A stretch of DNA of 63,997 bases, the filler included, from Porpidia crustulata (Eukaryota), in the NCBI GenBank assembly GCA_964255105.1. It is 7 parts of 7 records of this genome, joined end to end, with 100 filler letters (N's around TTAATTAATTAA, not from the genome) between each part and the next. Parts side by side here need not be neighbours in the genome. Positions count along the whole stretch, not along the records: positions 1 to 9,144 come from CAXUWE010000988.1; positions 9,245 to 18,386 come from CAXUWE010000989.1; 5 more parts are not named here. One strand, written 5' to 3'. Shown in pieces: positions 1 to 13,856 of this stretch (positions are counted from its first letter, which is position 1; each line of letters starts with the position of its first letter). Under the pieces are notes generated by a model that saw only the letters and a list, made by a program, of their open reading frames with translations, was not told where the DNA came from and made no database searches. The translations under genes and the position numbers were made by a program.

Positions 1-298
1 GGATTGGAGGGGTAGGACGGTGGTTGTGATTGATAGTGCTCTGGGATTGTGATGAGAGGCTTGTAGGTATGGGAAGACATCTGTCTCGTTTTGAGGTGCT
101 GAATGTTCTCAACTGAATGCAAGTTGGGTCATTAGGTACTTTAATGGTATGTGTCTCTTTTCATTGATAAACGTGATGTGAAGGGCCCTGGGGTAGTATT
201 GATGATGAAATATATTGCGGAGAAGTCATAATATATTCGAAACTCATATATCACACTCAATCAGGACTCTTTGCCCCAACCAGTCCTCTTTCCCACGC

Positions 299-1019
299 TC
301 AAGCTTTCTTCTTTCCATTCGCGCTTCGAAGCCCCTCCTTAGCTTTCCCTCCACTGGGTGCTTTCTCTTTGATGGGCCTCGCCATCTCCTGCCTCTCCTT
401 TCTCTCCGCGTACCACTGTCCTGCCTGCAGCACCAATACCCCAACAAGCACTAATGCTAGAATGGTGTTACTAGCCGCCAGAACCTTTAAGCTGTCGTCA
501 CGACCCAGCGGTTTCTCTTCTCCTGCTGGAACACCCTTAATACCGACGGCCAATTCTCCCTCCACAAGCTCTGTGTCGTAATTTCCGCTGCTGACAACAC
601 GCAATCCCTTGACGATGTTGGCCAAGTACACAATCACACCGCACATGTACAGGACGAGCGACGCGCCATCGAAGAGCATATTCGACTCTGAAGGGCGGTA
701 GAGCTTGATGAAGAAGCCGAGAAGGCCAACGGCAATGACGATGTGGAGGATGCGCGGGATAATGGCCGGAGAGGCATGTAGGAATTGCAGGTGGGTTTCT
801 AGGGTTGCGAAATACGCCTCGGGGGGGTGTGTGGCAGTCCAGAGGAGGGGGTAGTCGTAAGGGAAGAGGTAAAATAGGATACCGAGGAAGAAGGATGTCG
901 CTGTTTGTGGAAGGTCAGTGGAAGGGAAGTGAGGTGAGGTGAGGTGAGAGAGGAGGGGTGGACGTACGGCAGAGAATAAGGAAGGTCGCAAAAGAGGAGG
1001 CATTGTCGCCCCAGGCCAT
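299..1019 (-). CDS. SHR3: ER membrane chaperone/packaging protein for amino acid permeases (Shr3 family)
   Basis: Exons 1019-968 and 900-299, GT-AG intron 967-901. Spliced N-terminus MAWGDNASSFATFLILCPTSFFLGILF, then FPYDYPLLW, FDGASLVLY, SLKVLAASNTIL and LVLQAGQWYA, typical of Shr3. Basic C-tail. Confidence 0.9.
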
Positions 1020-3606
1020 CGTTGAGTACGTGAGATAGATTCTAGTATGGGGCCGTTGGTCGCGCGACAGCAGCCAGATGAGAGTGCTGCGTATGTGTAT
1101 TTCTAGCCAGCTTTATGATATTCATGCAGATTTCCGGTCGCAATTTTTGTTGTGTTCTCCTTAGAGGTCTTCGGAAAGTAGCAGTGGAATTCTGCTTATT
1201 GGAAAGCTTCAGAGCTTATCGGAGCAGGCAGAGCTGCGCGGGCCGCGAGAATTGCACTGGGCAAGACGAAGTGGATGACAAGTAGTCTCTCTTTGCCACG
1301 CTTCGAACGCTGACTTCAATCGATACAAACTCTTTCCCTGAGAAGATGAAGAAGACAGACTCGGGCTTTCGAGGGCAATCCACAAGGTAGCTCCTCCGTC
1401 GTCTCCGTGCAGTGGAAAGCCTTGCCTAACCTTTTATGCTTAGCTCCCCGGATGATGCTGGTCAAGGTACCGAGACACGCGAGAGTCCGGGGCGCGCCCC
1501 CCGCGGGCGGCCGGGGGGGGGGGGGGGGGGGGGGGGGNNNNNNNNNNCACACGCGAGAGTCCACCCAAAACCCCCCACCCCCCACCCGAGAATTTGCTAC
1601 GAGTCGGTGCTTCGAGCGAATTGACCAACAGGCTTAAATTAGCAACTCGCATGCAATGCCTCTTTCTTTCTTTCACACCCAAAAGGACCGAGTTGTAGTG
1701 CAACTCCGCCATAGAATGTCAATTGCTATCATTGACAGCATCGGAGTATACACTGCTACGAGAGCCACACTGCTCTTCGGTTGACGGTCTTTCGACCCGC
1801 TCTTTTGACCCGCTCTTTTGACCAACTCTGTTGATCCATTCTGCCACTGGAACAGGCCTTCGTCAGCTTCTCGAGTCGCAGCCATAGGCAGACTAAGATG
1901 AGATAGCGCGTTACCTTTCAAGGATTGGGGAATCTCTGCTAGCCAGCCTCTGATATCCAGAATGGTTCAAAGCATGAAAGTCGGTCGCAAAATACTCAGA
2001 GGCGAGTCTATGAAGCGATCAAAAGAGTGCCGAAATATATATACATCCGAGATAATATAATGAGGATGCTCATGATGAGAAGCTCCCGTCGAGCCCATCT
2101 CGCACAACAGAGAATTCCCTCAGCAAGGTTGAAACCAGGAGTTCCATCTAATGCTAAGAGGCCCCGATGGTTTCTAAGAATACGAGATATATTGAAGTAA
2201 GAAATCTTAACATCATGGACTTTGATGCCCACGAGTTTCGGATGTGAATCATCGCGCTGGTGAGCAGAGAGCGCAAGTTACACATTGCAAGAACCAGAAG
2301 GGCTCGAAACCCTGCGTCTACAGCTCTCTATGGACTACTAGTGTTTGGGAGATCCTATTTCACGCCTGAATACCGGTTGCCCCTGGTGTGCACATGACCC
2401 GAGGGTCATCGCCAACAATCAGAGACTCATCCATAATCTTGAAGAAGGGCCATTCACATACCCTTTCATCTTTATCTCATTGTTATAGACATAGTCTTGC
2501 AACAGCAGGCTACAACGAATTCGCCTAGGAAGTCTCCCATGGAACGGACCATTTCGAAACGTTCCTCTGGGTGATCGCTCCATCCCACTTTCCCTCTAAC
2601 AGTGGGGAACCATGCCCCCATTGAGTACTTCCAGAGCTTCCAATATCTCATTGATAGTAGCTGTGGTCGTTTAAAGATTGATGTCGCCTGACTGTCCTCT
2701 AAATTATTCCTCGACAATATCTTGAGCATGGATCGGATTGTACACCGCTTACCTCAGTGGATAATATTGATCTGTAACAGGGATTCCTCCTGGTTCAGGC
2801 AAATGGGCACTAGAGTGATGTTGGTATCTTTTCCAGTAGAAAGGGAGTAGAAGATTTTCAAGAGAAGACCGATTGTAAGGGCTTCCTGATGAAACCATCG
2901 AGGCTCTGACTACGAGAGATTGTTGGGATGGGTTCTCTGGGTAGAGAGCATTGTGGCCGAGATGATTATGAAACAATTAGGGAGCACTCATCAACTACTT
3001 CGACGCCAAGGTCATTCACAAGCAAGTCACTTGTCTCTTCCAAAAAAGAGGTAGTCCTGCAACCCTTCTTGGAATTCAGTATCTCTACTTTCTGGTTTTA
3101 GCGCCTACTTTCGTCAATGTCGCCGAATCTGCCCCGCTTTCTCAGGGACCTCAGTCAACAAACCGTTTTACACCCCCTGCAAATGATGAAGTGGAACATA
3201 CAACCTGTACATGGCCCTGCTGGAAATTGAAAACCGGATTGAAAAATGTCCAGGCGTTCCCTTCCGGAATACCTGCGACAGGATGTTAGATTACTTAAGG
3301 CTATAGAGTCACGCCTAGATCATTGCGGTGTAATGTACAAAGTGCTCTTGCATGGTTTTGGGCAGGGCCTTGCCATAATCTGCGAGGTGCATAACAAGGC
3401 GTGTAGAAGTTGAGTGTGCATCGAATCAGAGGCATACACCTGGCGTCCAAGGTTTTCCCACTGCAATTGCCTATGATAGGCAGATATCATCTGCAGCAAT
3501 CGAGTCATGATTTGCTTTTCCTTTAGAATGAGAACACTACCCTCGTGGTCGTGAGACATTCAATTCACTGCATACTTTTGCAACATCGCCATCATCTTTA
3601 GTACCA

Positions 3607-4506
3607 ATGGCCTATTCAAACAGGCGACCGCTCAGTCAGAGGTACCAAGAGAAGATTGCTGAAGAGGAGAGTGCGAAACAGGCGGACGCCGATGCTCGAA
3701 AATCCGCAGCTAGAGAGCAAAGACAGCGGATTGGAGTTCTTGCACTTGAACCCGATTTCAACAAATGCTTGAATGACAATATAGAGCACACGAATCACCC
3801 CACCACATTGCAACATAGAAGGAAACCCAGTGATCTACCCGAAGTTGATACCAGACGTATGCCCTCGCTACCAGTCAGGCCAGCGCCATTCCCTTCCCCT
3901 CCTATCTCAAGTATCAGCCCAATTCAATCAAGGCAGCATGAAAGCAGATACGCCAGCCCTGGACGGGAGAACGCACTCATCTCCCAATTACAATCCGACC
4001 TCGGCTGCCACAAAACTCACGTCGAGAAACTTGAGAAAGACCTCCTGTCAACGAAAAACGAGATCAAAATCCTCCGCGATGAGCGTGACGCTCTTCGACA
4101 GGCCCACATCGAAGCAATCCGGAAAAACGATAGAGAACAAATCACGAATTTGAAGGAGCAGATCTCCCACCTATCGCAGGAGCTCGATGACTCCAGGAAA
4201 AGAGAGAGAACCCTTGAGGATGAAGTCGACGAGGGCAGATCCCGAGAGCGGGATTTGAGGGATCAGCTGAACGCGCTGAAGCGCGAGCGAGTCGATTTGA
4301 CCCACGAAATTGATCCGCCCAGGTCCCCGAGAAGCCCCATGGTCTGGTCCTGTCCCGAAAGCCGTCCGCCGGAAAATGAAGCAAGGCAAACAATTTCAAG
4401 CCGAAGGGGTCCCAAATTGGAGAAGAAATATGAATTCAGAGTAGGCAAGGGACGGCGCTGTAGTTCGGCGACTCTGGTGAAGAGTTATATACAGTCAAGG
4501 GCCTGA
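3607..4506 (+). CDS. hypothetical coiled-coil protein (299 aa)
   Basis: Uninterrupted 299-codon ATG ORF with a Pro/Ser-rich middle and a heptad-rich E/K/R/L segment. No recognisable family motif. Confidence 0.6.
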   Translation: MAYSNRRPLSQRYQEKIAEEESAKQADADARKSAAREQRQRIGVLALEPDFNKCLNDNIEHTNHPTTLQHRRKPSDLPEVDTRRMPSLPVRPAPFPSPPISSISPIQSRQHESRYASPGRENALISQLQSDLGCHKTHVEKLEKDLLSTKNEIKILRDERDALRQAHIEAIRKNDREQITNLKEQISHLSQELDDSRKRERTLEDEVDEGRSRERDLRDQLNALKRERVDLTHEIDPPRSPRSPMVWSCPESRPPENEARQTISSRRGPKLEKKYEFRVGKGRRCSSATLVKSYIQSRA

Positions 4507-5175
4507 AAGGCAGTATAACTTTGTACAAGCGTAGCTTTCTGGATTACGAGCACGCAAAATTTCTTTACATTACGGGGTGGTCAGGAACAATTTTAGCAAT
4601 GAGGTATAATGCATTTCGCTGCTTGCTACTTTTTAGCATTGATAATAACAAGCCTTTGGAGAATCTTTAACAAATTACACATCTATCCATCGCGCCGATC
4701 CTACAATATTGCAGAAAAGAACCCATCGCCTTGCGGCCTCTCTTTCTCTCTCTCTAGCTTAAGGCGTTCATCTACTATTGATAAAGGCCTCGTCTATCAT
4801 CGCGTATCTGCGAGTTTTCTGGATAATGGATATGAAAGATATGTTGAATGGTTGTATTTGTTGTGTTCAGCTCTATCGCTGGGGTGCGCAGGGAAGCGTT
4901 GAATTGTTCTAATGTGTAGGCGAGAGGGTTTTCGATATCATGAGGGTCGCGAGGGTAAGAGTTCGAGGGTGATCTATTTTTCCATATAGATAGGGACAAT
5001 GCGACGGCCATATTGTGATGGAATTTGTTTCCGGCTTCGGTGACGGGCTCTGTGCGAGGAATCAAATAAAAAGTATCCCATCGTGCTCTGATCGTGCCAA
5101 ATCAAGGTTTTTTGACCTCTCAGAGGATAATGATTGACTATTAATGGCTTGATCGGTGCCCCGGATTGCCTTGCC

Positions 5176-6618
5176 TCATGGGCCGGTATCTGGATTTCTC
5201 CAGAACTTCCAACCCTCTCGCTTTTCGTTCACCCCGACTCCGACGAGTCGCTCCACACCATCTCTTCCGTTTGCGTTCAAGAATTTCTCCTGGTCAATCT
5301 CCTCGCCACCTGCTTCCTCACTCCCGTTCCTCAGAACAGCCGGCCACAAGACACCAACCCCATCTCCTCCGAGTGTGGTTTCGAACCTCTCAAAGTCTTC
5401 GGCATCGAGTTTGGCCTCTAGTTCTTTGAGATTCTCAGGTGCCATGTCAGGCTTGAGCAGGGTGATGGCACTGCCACCCCCACCGGCACCGGTAAGCTTC
5501 GTCCAACCAATTCCGGCATAGTCTGTAAGCTCTCGGATCCGCTCGAGGCGCGGATGTGAGACGCCCAAGGAGACCAAGATGCCATGATTCATTTTCATAA
5601 GCTCTCCAAGAACTTGTGTGGAGTCGACGGTTTCATCATCTTGTCTGCTGATCTGGGTATGCGCAGCCTCTGTCACCTTGTCGATTGCAGCAAGGAGATG
5701 CTCTGTCACGACCGGCTGCTCCTTCTTAAGTGCAGCGACCTTCGCAACTTCGACTGCGGTTGAGCGCTGCTGCTTTGTATTCACAAGCAGTAGAGGTAAT
5801 TCGGGGAAGTTATATAAGGGGGTGACTGCGGGCGGTTTGGAGTAGTCGTGTCGCTTGAAAATCACAGCCTTACCATAAGTTGAGACTGTATTATCGACTC
5901 CACTGGGATTACCGTGGATGCAACATTCGCCGACGAAGGCCCATCGATTTATCCGCTCGGTTTGCAGTTCGACCTCGTTTCGGGGCTGATCCGGGTGAGG
6001 TCCGGCCAGGGTTCGCAATTGAAGCAGGATTGCAGCGCTGAGGCAAACGGAGATACTTGCGCTGCTCCCAAGCCCAGCACCTATTGGAAGGGTGGAGCGT
6101 AATGTGTAGATGCAACCGTGGAAATCCTGAGAACCTAGTGATAGAAAGAGATATAAGAATGCAGAGGCTGCTGCTTGATGTATCTTGCGGTTCTCTGGGG
6201 AGGCTGTAGTTGAGATATTTGATAAGTGAGGCTGCAGAGCTTCAACCAAGTCGGGATCAAGAGACGTGACAAGATCATAGTAGAATTTCTTTTTTGAAGG
6301 ATGGGAGAATTTAGACCAGGGCAGGGCATCAATTTCCCACAAGTGACAAAGACCTATGTCTGGGAATCTGAGAGTGATAGTCCGGTGAGTTTTCGATAAA
6401 GTAGTCACGAGTAAATAGGAGCGTAAAGATATTGCTGCTGCCATAGCTGCCTTGCCATAAACAACCGCATGCTCACCATAAACGATAACCTTTCCAGGAG
6501 CAGAGACCATGAAGGCTGACATCATCGGCGAAGAAGGTTTCCTGCCGTGGCCCGGTCTTGTCCCTTTGGAAGATCCATTTATGACAGGCCTAGAACCGTT
6601 GATACTGGGTGCCTCCAT
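5176..6618 (-). CDS. ERG12: mevalonate kinase (GHMP family)
   Basis: Motifs SAPGKVIVYGEHAVVYG, PIGAGLGSSAS, HGNPSGVDN and KLTGAGGGG. Single exon; first ATG at 6618. Confidence 0.96.
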   Translation of the reverse strand: MEAPSINGSRPVINGSSKGTRPGHGRKPSSPMMSAFMVSAPGKVIVYGEHAVVYGKAAMAAAISLRSYLLVTTLSKTHRTITLRFPDIGLCHLWEIDALPWSKFSHPSKKKFYYDLVTSLDPDLVEALQPHLSNISTTASPENRKIHQAAASAFLYLFLSLGSQDFHGCIYTLRSTLPIGAGLGSSASISVCLSAAILLQLRTLAGPHPDQPRNEVELQTERINRWAFVGECCIHGNPSGVDNTVSTYGKAVIFKRHDYSKPPAVTPLYNFPELPLLLVNTKQQRSTAVEVAKVAALKKEQPVVTEHLLAAIDKVTEAAHTQISRQDDETVDSTQVLGELMKMNHGILVSLGVSHPRLERIRELTDYAGIGWTKLTGAGGGGSAITLLKPDMAPENLKELEAKLDAEDFERFETTLGGDGVGVLWPAVLRNGSEEAGGEEIDQEKFLNANGRDGVERLVGVGVNEKREGWKFWRNPDTGP

Positions 6619-7285
6619 CTTGACTGCTCTGAGTCTGATCACTAGGCTATAATTGACGGAAGTGTCAGGGAATGCGGAGGGGGGGGAAACAGGCTGTCAA
6701 AACATCGTAGAGCAGGAGATTCGGACGGAAGGTCCTATTCACTACTATCTATGTGGTGTCTTCAAAATCTTACTCAGGTTAGGAAACTCCGCCTTCTCGG
6801 CGATACCAATTAGGACATGAAACGGAAATACTTTTCAGCGCCTGACTTTTGACGCGCCACGCGGGAGACTAGAGTACAGAAAACCCCGAACCGCAAACAC
6901 CGATCCCCCGACCACTGCATTTTGAAGAATGAAAACGTCGAACGTCTGAAAACATCTTTTTTGTAGTAAAAAAATACCCGTGCGCTCGGATTTCCGTAGA
7001 TGTATCATGATCTTGATCAGAGTTCGATTCATGTAGTTGAATTGTTATCTCCAAAAATGCAGTAGCACATTTGGTGGTGTGAGCCGGGGGTCGGCATTTG
7101 CGGTTTTCTGTCCCGCTTGCGCACGAGGCAAGCGTCCTTTTCTAGCCGCACGCTAATACCAATTAATGAAGGCCAGATTTACTTCAAGTCTGTCCACATC
7201 ACACTATTCTGAGCTTCATATTTGTCTTCACCTGGAAGTTTCTTCTCGTCGCTCTTTGGTATCACCTCATTTGCTAGTACTGAAC

Positions 7286-8873
7286 ATGGACATCCTTCAG
7301 GTAAGACACCAAATCCAGGAGCCTAGCCTTGAGAAATAACCAGATCCGCAGCGTCTTGGACGTCTGCTTGACAGGCCTGGCTTTCCTTGGAAGCGATTGA
7401 TCATCGGCTTCTCTATTGGCCAGTATCTCTTTGAAGGGTTCCTTTCGATCCGCCAGTATCAAATATTGAAGCAGAAAAAACCACCGAAGGTTCTTCAAAA
7501 CGAAGTTTCCCAGGAGATATTTGACAAGAGTCAGGTATGCGCAGAAGTATCATCAAAGCGGTTGACGAGTATGCTAACAGGCTTCAAATAGGCCTATGGC
7601 CGTGCCAAAGCACAGTTTGGTTTCGTGGCATCCTTGTACGACCAATTACAGAGCTATGGCACCATCTATTACGATGTTCTACCAAGACTCTGGGATCTTA
7701 CCGGATTCTGGATGACTCGCCATGTGTCAACGAAATACTCTGGCGAGATAATACATACGTTGATCTTCTTCTTCGCTTTCAATGTCGTCTCCACTATCCT
7801 AAATCTACCCACCTCGTACTACAGCACGTTCGTTTTGGAAGAGAAATTTGGTTTCAACAAACAAACGCTCAAGTTATGGCTGATGGACATGGTCAAAAGC
7901 CAAGCTCTAATGGTTGTGTTTGGAGCCCCATTACTCAGTGGATTTTTGGCAATTATCCAGAAGACGGGCAATAGCTTCTTCTACTACCTGTTCTTGTTCT
8001 CGATTGCGGTGCAGGTCTCCGCCATCACCATCTACCCAATCGTGATTTTACCCCTATTCAACAAGTTGTCACCACTTAAGGAAGGAGATCTGAAAACAGG
8101 AGTCGAAGGATTGGCAAAGAGGCTTGAATTTCCGCTCAAGGAGCTCTATGTGATTGATGGCAGTAAGAGAAGTGCGCATAGCAACGCATACTTTTACGGA
8201 CTACCATGGAAAAAGCACATCGTTATTTACGATACGCTTATTGAAAAGAGCGAGACAGAAGAGGTTGTGGCCGTGTTAAGTCATGAGCTTGGACATTGGA
8301 GTTTGAGCCATACCACGAAGCTTTTTGGGATTGCTCAGGTAAGTCGATGTCATGCATGGCAGTGTGACACCGTCAATTGACGTCTCTAGTTCCACATGTT
8401 TTACATCTTCGCCTTATTCTCCGTTTTCATTAACAACCGCTCCCTTTACCATGACTTTGGTTTCCATAAGGAGTTCCCCATCATCATCGGCTTTATCCTG
8501 TTCTCTGATGCCCTGGCGCCAATGGACACAGTGGTGAAGCTCCTGATGAACGTCCTGAGTCGGAAATTTGAATTCGAAGCTGGTAAGTCTCCGTGCAGTA
8601 ATTCTTTGTCGTAGCTGGAGTGCTGACATTGTGCCAGATGAGTTCGCCGTAAAGCTTGGATACTCCAAAGAGCTCGCGAAGTCTCTTATCAAGCTTCAGA
8701 TCCAGAACTTGAGTACCATGGATGCAGACTGGCTGTACGCGAGCTACCACTTCTCACACCCAATATTACCTGAGAGATTGGGCGCGTTGGGATGGTATGG
8801 CGATGAGAAAAAGGCGGGCGGGAAGCAAATGGACGGCGAAAAGCCCAACAAGGCCTCCGATAGAGAGTTGTAA
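7286..8873 (+). CDS. STE24: CAAX prenyl protease 1 (M48 zinc metalloprotease)
   Basis: Exons 7286-7300, 7352-7534, 7592-8338, 8390-8582 and 8638-8873 give 457 aa. Motifs DGSKRSAHSNAYF, HELGH (HExxH), SRKFEFEAD and HFSHP; ER-retention-like DREL end. Confidence 0.96.
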
Positions 8874-9005
8874 TTTAGCTCCCCTGGATATCGTGAAATG
8901 GTATAGATCTGTCGTTGGGCCTTCGTTCACGGTTCGTAGAGTGGACGTCATTGTCGTCACGGCAGCAAATGAATTATGTGCCTTCCCACAGTCATCTAGA
9001 AACCT

Positions 9006-9143
9006 TCAATCATCTGCCGCCTTCTGCCACCTCCGCTTCAGCGTCTCTTTGCTCTGCAACTTCCTCCTCTCCTTCTTCTTCCTCTTCCTCTCCTCCCTCT
9101 CCCCCCTCGTTCTCGTCTCCCTCACCATCGGCACATCCCCCTT
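9006..9143 (-). CDS. C-terminal fragment of a basic protein truncated by the contig end
   Basis: Open frame from the contig edge reads KGDVPMVRETRTRGEREERKRKKKERRKLQSKETLKRRWQKAADD* with purine-rich coding bias. Convergent with STE24. Confidence 0.5.
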   Translation of the reverse strand, partial: KGDVPMVRETRTRGEREERKRKKKERRKLQSKETLKRRWQKAADD

Positions 9144-9144
9144 C

Positions 9145-9244
9145 NNNNNNNNNNNNNNNNNNNNNNNNNNNNNNNNNNNNNNNNNNNNTTAATTAATTAA
9201 NNNNNNNNNNNNNNNNNNNNNNNNNNNNNNNNNNNNNNNNNNNN
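9145..9244. other. artificial contig spacer
   Basis: 44 N + TTAATTAATTAA (stops in all six frames) + 44 N. Confidence 0.97.
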
Positions 9245-9508
9245 GTATGGGGGAAGGGGGAGGTGTGGAGAGGGTGAGGCCGTGAGGCAGTGAGGCCGTA
9301 AGGCGGAAAGTGGGAATCGGGAGCGGATTTTAAGTTGCAACAGACCATAATTCGTAAAGACCAGGAGACAAGCAATGCTGTGTGCTCTTGGTTTTTCTAT
9401 TCTATCTAACATGATCCTCAAAGCGATCAACCCTACCGAAGCAAAATAAGATACCCGCCTTGTCATTTTTGGACACACCAAGGACTTATTTGTCCCCATC
9501 CAAAGGGC

Positions 9509-11763
<2,255 letters not shown>

Positions 11764-13856
11764 GTTTGCTCGGATACCGTATTCAAGGATGGAGCTTGTT
11801 AGCTACTACGAAGACACCACTGTTGAAGGAGCTTGAGATGCTAGGTATGATATCGGCTACTCGACTGCCTATGTAGTATCTAGTAGTAGTGGCAAGTGGA
11901 TTGAGGGCAGAAAATGGGGATGGGAAGCGTGATTATGACAGATATCACAGCTATGGGGGAGAGGCAGAGTGTTTATGGAATTTGGAGAGGACCCCTGTCA
12001 GAAACTAAATCGAAACCACGCCAACGGGCTGAACTTGAGACTTCACACTGGACAAACAACCCCTTTTCCCTCCTCCTTCGTGTGCCGGTTGTCGTCGTAA
12101 GCGTTCTTCGGGCACGGTAGGTAGACATGATCTATTGGCCAACCCAAAGTCTTTGCCAACCTCGTATTTGGATCATGTTATTAATATCTTCATTCTCTAG
12201 TCCGAGAGCAAACATAGTAAGAGCCACAGAGCCTTCCATCCGCAGGCTGCCCTTGCAGTAGCGCTGCATTCGGCAGCAGCCCTAAATCTTCAGGCTCTCT
12301 TCTTACCTATTCCGTACATTCATGTGTTAACAACAATGGTCACTGCTTCTGGCGACATCATGTTGGGAATCTTTTACAATCTTTCAATGGTTTTAGTGCC
12401 TTGATATGTTTTCTCTGGTTCTTCCTGATGCGAAGCATCCCTCGTAATTACGACGTGTTCTTTTTTGAAGCAACAAAGACCTCTTTCCATCACAACCAGA
12501 GATTAAATTCTGCCGGTTGCCAAAAGCTTCTGTGATAAAATCACGTCGCCGACAATAGTGATGTCCTTCATTCCCTAGATAGTGTCTCATTAAGCCAAGT
12601 AGACGTGTTTCTTCGGACCTTGCGAAACGTCTTAAATACTAGACATCTTACCTCGACCGCCCGCATCTGGAACTCCCGACTTGTATACGAAAAGACTGAC
12701 TCAATCAGTCTGCATCGAAATCAAGTAGCTCTACCCGGACGGTGTCTTATATGGACGTGAAAAAGTACGATATAACAGCACACAAGCGGTACTACTGAAA
12801 GATCGTGAACATGTCCTGGTTTTCTCGAATAATTCATCTCGTAGCGAAGAGAGTTAGTGACTACTTAACAATCGCGTTGAAGCCCACATAGAAAACTAAG
12901 CTCCTCGCCATGTCGACACAACATGAGAGACGATCTAAATCTATTGGGAGTAAGGCAATGTGATTATTGATCTCGCGGTTGGCCTATCTGCTAGATGTTC
13001 CGTCTCATCGGATTAAACCATTTGAAGTCTTGAAAAGCCGACTGAAATCGACAATCTAGGATAGACCCCACCCGCATGAAGCCTGAGTGCTTATTAAACC
13101 AGAGTTCTATATTATGGTCTGTTTACCTGTAGGCTGGCCGAAACTTTCGGCTGCAATAGGGTCACCGTGTTGAAGCCGTTCTCATTGCACACTCTAGTTT
13201 CTTTGACCGCTCTACCGATCCTTGGAATGGATAAAATCGTTGAGTGGACACTTCTGATATTTGAAGGAGAAGGTCACAGCAGTATAGCCAGCTATCACGA
13301 TGAAGAAACATTTGCTTAAGTGTTAAGGCGGTGGAGTTTTGAGCCTTTTGATTTTTTATCCTTCGTCCATTGGGCAGAATTCGACAGCAATGTTCTGAGA
13401 GCTTGACAAAATGTCCGAAAGGCATAGAGTATGAATGCAATTAAGTGGCTTGCGAACAACGAATCGAACTAGTGCCTTTTTACGGATTCATACGAGTAGG
13501 ACTGGCCCAAGGAATGTCAAAGTCAACCTCATCGCCAGAACAAGTCAAATCCGAAACCCCAAACACTGCTGTGGTCGATCCGTTGATAAATATTCTCTAC
13601 TATACTCTTAGGAAAGCCTTACTTCTCACTTTTCTTCAACCCACTGCCTCAGAGTTTGCGCACACTTCAGTCGAGGAGTTCGCGTTTGGCCGTCACCCCT
13701 CTGCAACCGCGTAAAGCCACCGGAATTGCTGGTGGCACCACCAACGGCAGCGCTTGATGCATGAAAGGTATTCCAGTGTCCCGTATACCCTTGGTGAGCA
13801 TGCGGGGTGGCGAGATGGTGGATTCGGAACAATCTAGGTAGTAGCCGCCTCAAATA

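Noticed and set aside
1475..1590. Poly-G and poly-C tracts with ACACGCGAGAGTCC duplicated on both sides of a 10-N gap (G-quadruplex or repeat candidate)
   Set aside because: Most likely low-quality read ends and overlap duplication at a scaffold gap; the Gly/Pro ORFs here are artefacts.
1794..1823. 13-bp tandem duplication GACCCGCTCTTTT
   Set aside because: Only about 2.3 copies; ordinary slippage.
9189..9200. TTAATTAATTAA recurring about every 9.24 kb, superficially a periodic repeat or array
   Set aside because: Synthetic six-frame-stop linker embedded in Ns; not biological.
12130..13800. Short ORFs in the GFA1-SET1 divergent intergenic region
   Set aside because: No coherent frame, motif or splice structure.
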